A stretch of 64,000 nt of DNA. It comes from Nemertoderma westbladi. Taxonomy: Eukaryota > Animalia > Xenacoelomorpha. The position numbers were made by a program, and so were the translations under genes. The notes under the pieces were generated by a model. It was not told the origin of the DNA. It worked only from the letters and a program-made list of their open reading frames with translations, and made no database searches. Location of the stretch: NCBI GenBank assembly GCA_032718475.1, contig JAUCBJ010008854.1:9746-73745 (forward strand). The letters run 5' to 3'. Positions within the stretch are counted from its first letter, which is position 1. Each line of letters begins with the position of its first letter. Shown here piece after piece: positions 62,779 to 64,000 of the stretch.

Positions 62779-63613
62779 CATTATTTATAAATAACATTAA
62801 TTGTTTATTTAAGTAACATTAATTATTACAGGTATGGTTTAATAAACGGTGTATAGATACAATTGTTCCACTAATAAAGGGTGATATTATTTATTATAAT
62901 AACTTTGGTTCATGATAAACTCTAGGTATAATATACATTTGTCAATATTTCTATTATAAATTGATAATATTTAATAATTATTATATTTTTGGTTTAATTA
63001 ACTACCAATTGGTTATTGCTTATTGACATAATAAATATTAACCGAAAAATATTAAGGAGATGGTTTAGCGCGAAATTCAAACTCAAATGTTTACCTGCAT
63101 TTTTACAAATGTGCTTATTTTTTACTAAAAATCTATCTCCTCCGCTATTTCTTAACAGATTTCAATTTTTTTTGTGGGAGGTTATAGCTGAGGATTGTGT
63201 CTACAGAATAATGGGCCGGAATTTTGCCTCAGTCAGAAGTTATGACGTCATCAGTCTCATTTTTTCGAAAAAATCAAAATTTTATGAAAAAATGACATTT
63301 GTGACGTCATAACTTTTGATTGCAGCAAAATTTTGAAAATCTGCCCCATTATTCTGTAGACACAATCTTTACCTACAATGTCCAACAAACAGAATCGAAA
63401 TCCGTTAACAAATGGCGGAGGAGATAGGAAGGTGGAGAAGAGAGGTGACCACAATGTAACTCGCTTTTAAATCTTTTTTTCCGTGTCTTCCTATCTCCAC
63501 AACCTCATAATAATTATAGTTCGCCAATTTTGTATATTAGACATGAGATTCATTCAATGACATTAAAAAAATATATATTTATTTTATAGAGTGATAATAT
63601 CGTTAGCGAAATG

Positions 63614-63847
63614 TAAGTTACGACATATGTTACTAAGTTTCAACATATATGTTACTAAGTTACGACATATGTTACTAAGTTACGACATATGTTACTAAGT
63701 TACGACATATGTTACTAAGTTACGACATATGTTACTAAGTTACGACATATGTTACTAAGTTACGACATATGTTACTAAGTTACGACATATGTTACTAAGT
63801 TACGACATATGTTACTAAGTTACGACATATGTTACTAAGTTACGACA
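63614..63847. repeat. 20-bp tandem array (TACGACATATGTTACTAAGT)n, ~11 copies
   Basis: Read directly; nearly perfect units with the palindromic core ACATATGT. Confidence 0.95.
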
Positions 63848-64000
63848 AAACTAAGAACTCACCGGGGCAAGGATTGGGTAAGAAGCATGGACGTAGTTGA
63901 TTCGTGTCTCCCGTACATAGAGGGGATGGAGTCCTGGGACATTGTCGGTAGCGTGTCTCCCATCCAGTACCACGAGAAGAAGAACAGACACCCCAATCCA

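Overview
Repeat-rich eukaryotic (apparently invertebrate animal) genomic DNA, not prokaryotic. Host genes: the 3' part of a frameshifted NUDT19-like Nudix gene (1-785), a 3-exon NAP1 histone chaperone (minus strand) whose stop codon runs directly into a ~2.8-kb 23-bp tandem array, and intronless IRE1 and GPATCH1. Mobile DNA dominates. It includes a young, full-length 15.7-kb BEL/Pao LTR retrotransposon (1.2-kb LTRs, CATGG TSD) inserted into an RTE-like LINE, and a non-autonomous hAT carrying a nested 10.7-kb foldback Mutator that encodes a PHD-OTU-MULE transposase relic. There are also several MITEs, SINE/LINE fragments, a diverged LTR and an Academ-like fragment. Three observations stand out. 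(1) The BEL element has no tRNA primer-binding site; instead the 12 nt after its 5' LTR are perfectly complementary to a sequence inside its own LTR, suggesting Tf1-style self-priming in a BEL/Pao element. (2) One LINE copy carries a dense sense-strand A-to-G cluster consistent with an ADAR-hyperedited RNA reverse-transcribed into the genome. (3) There are structured RNA elements in the BEL UTRs and a hairpin-repeat satellite in the likely NAP1 3' UTR. All calls are by eye; no database searches were run.
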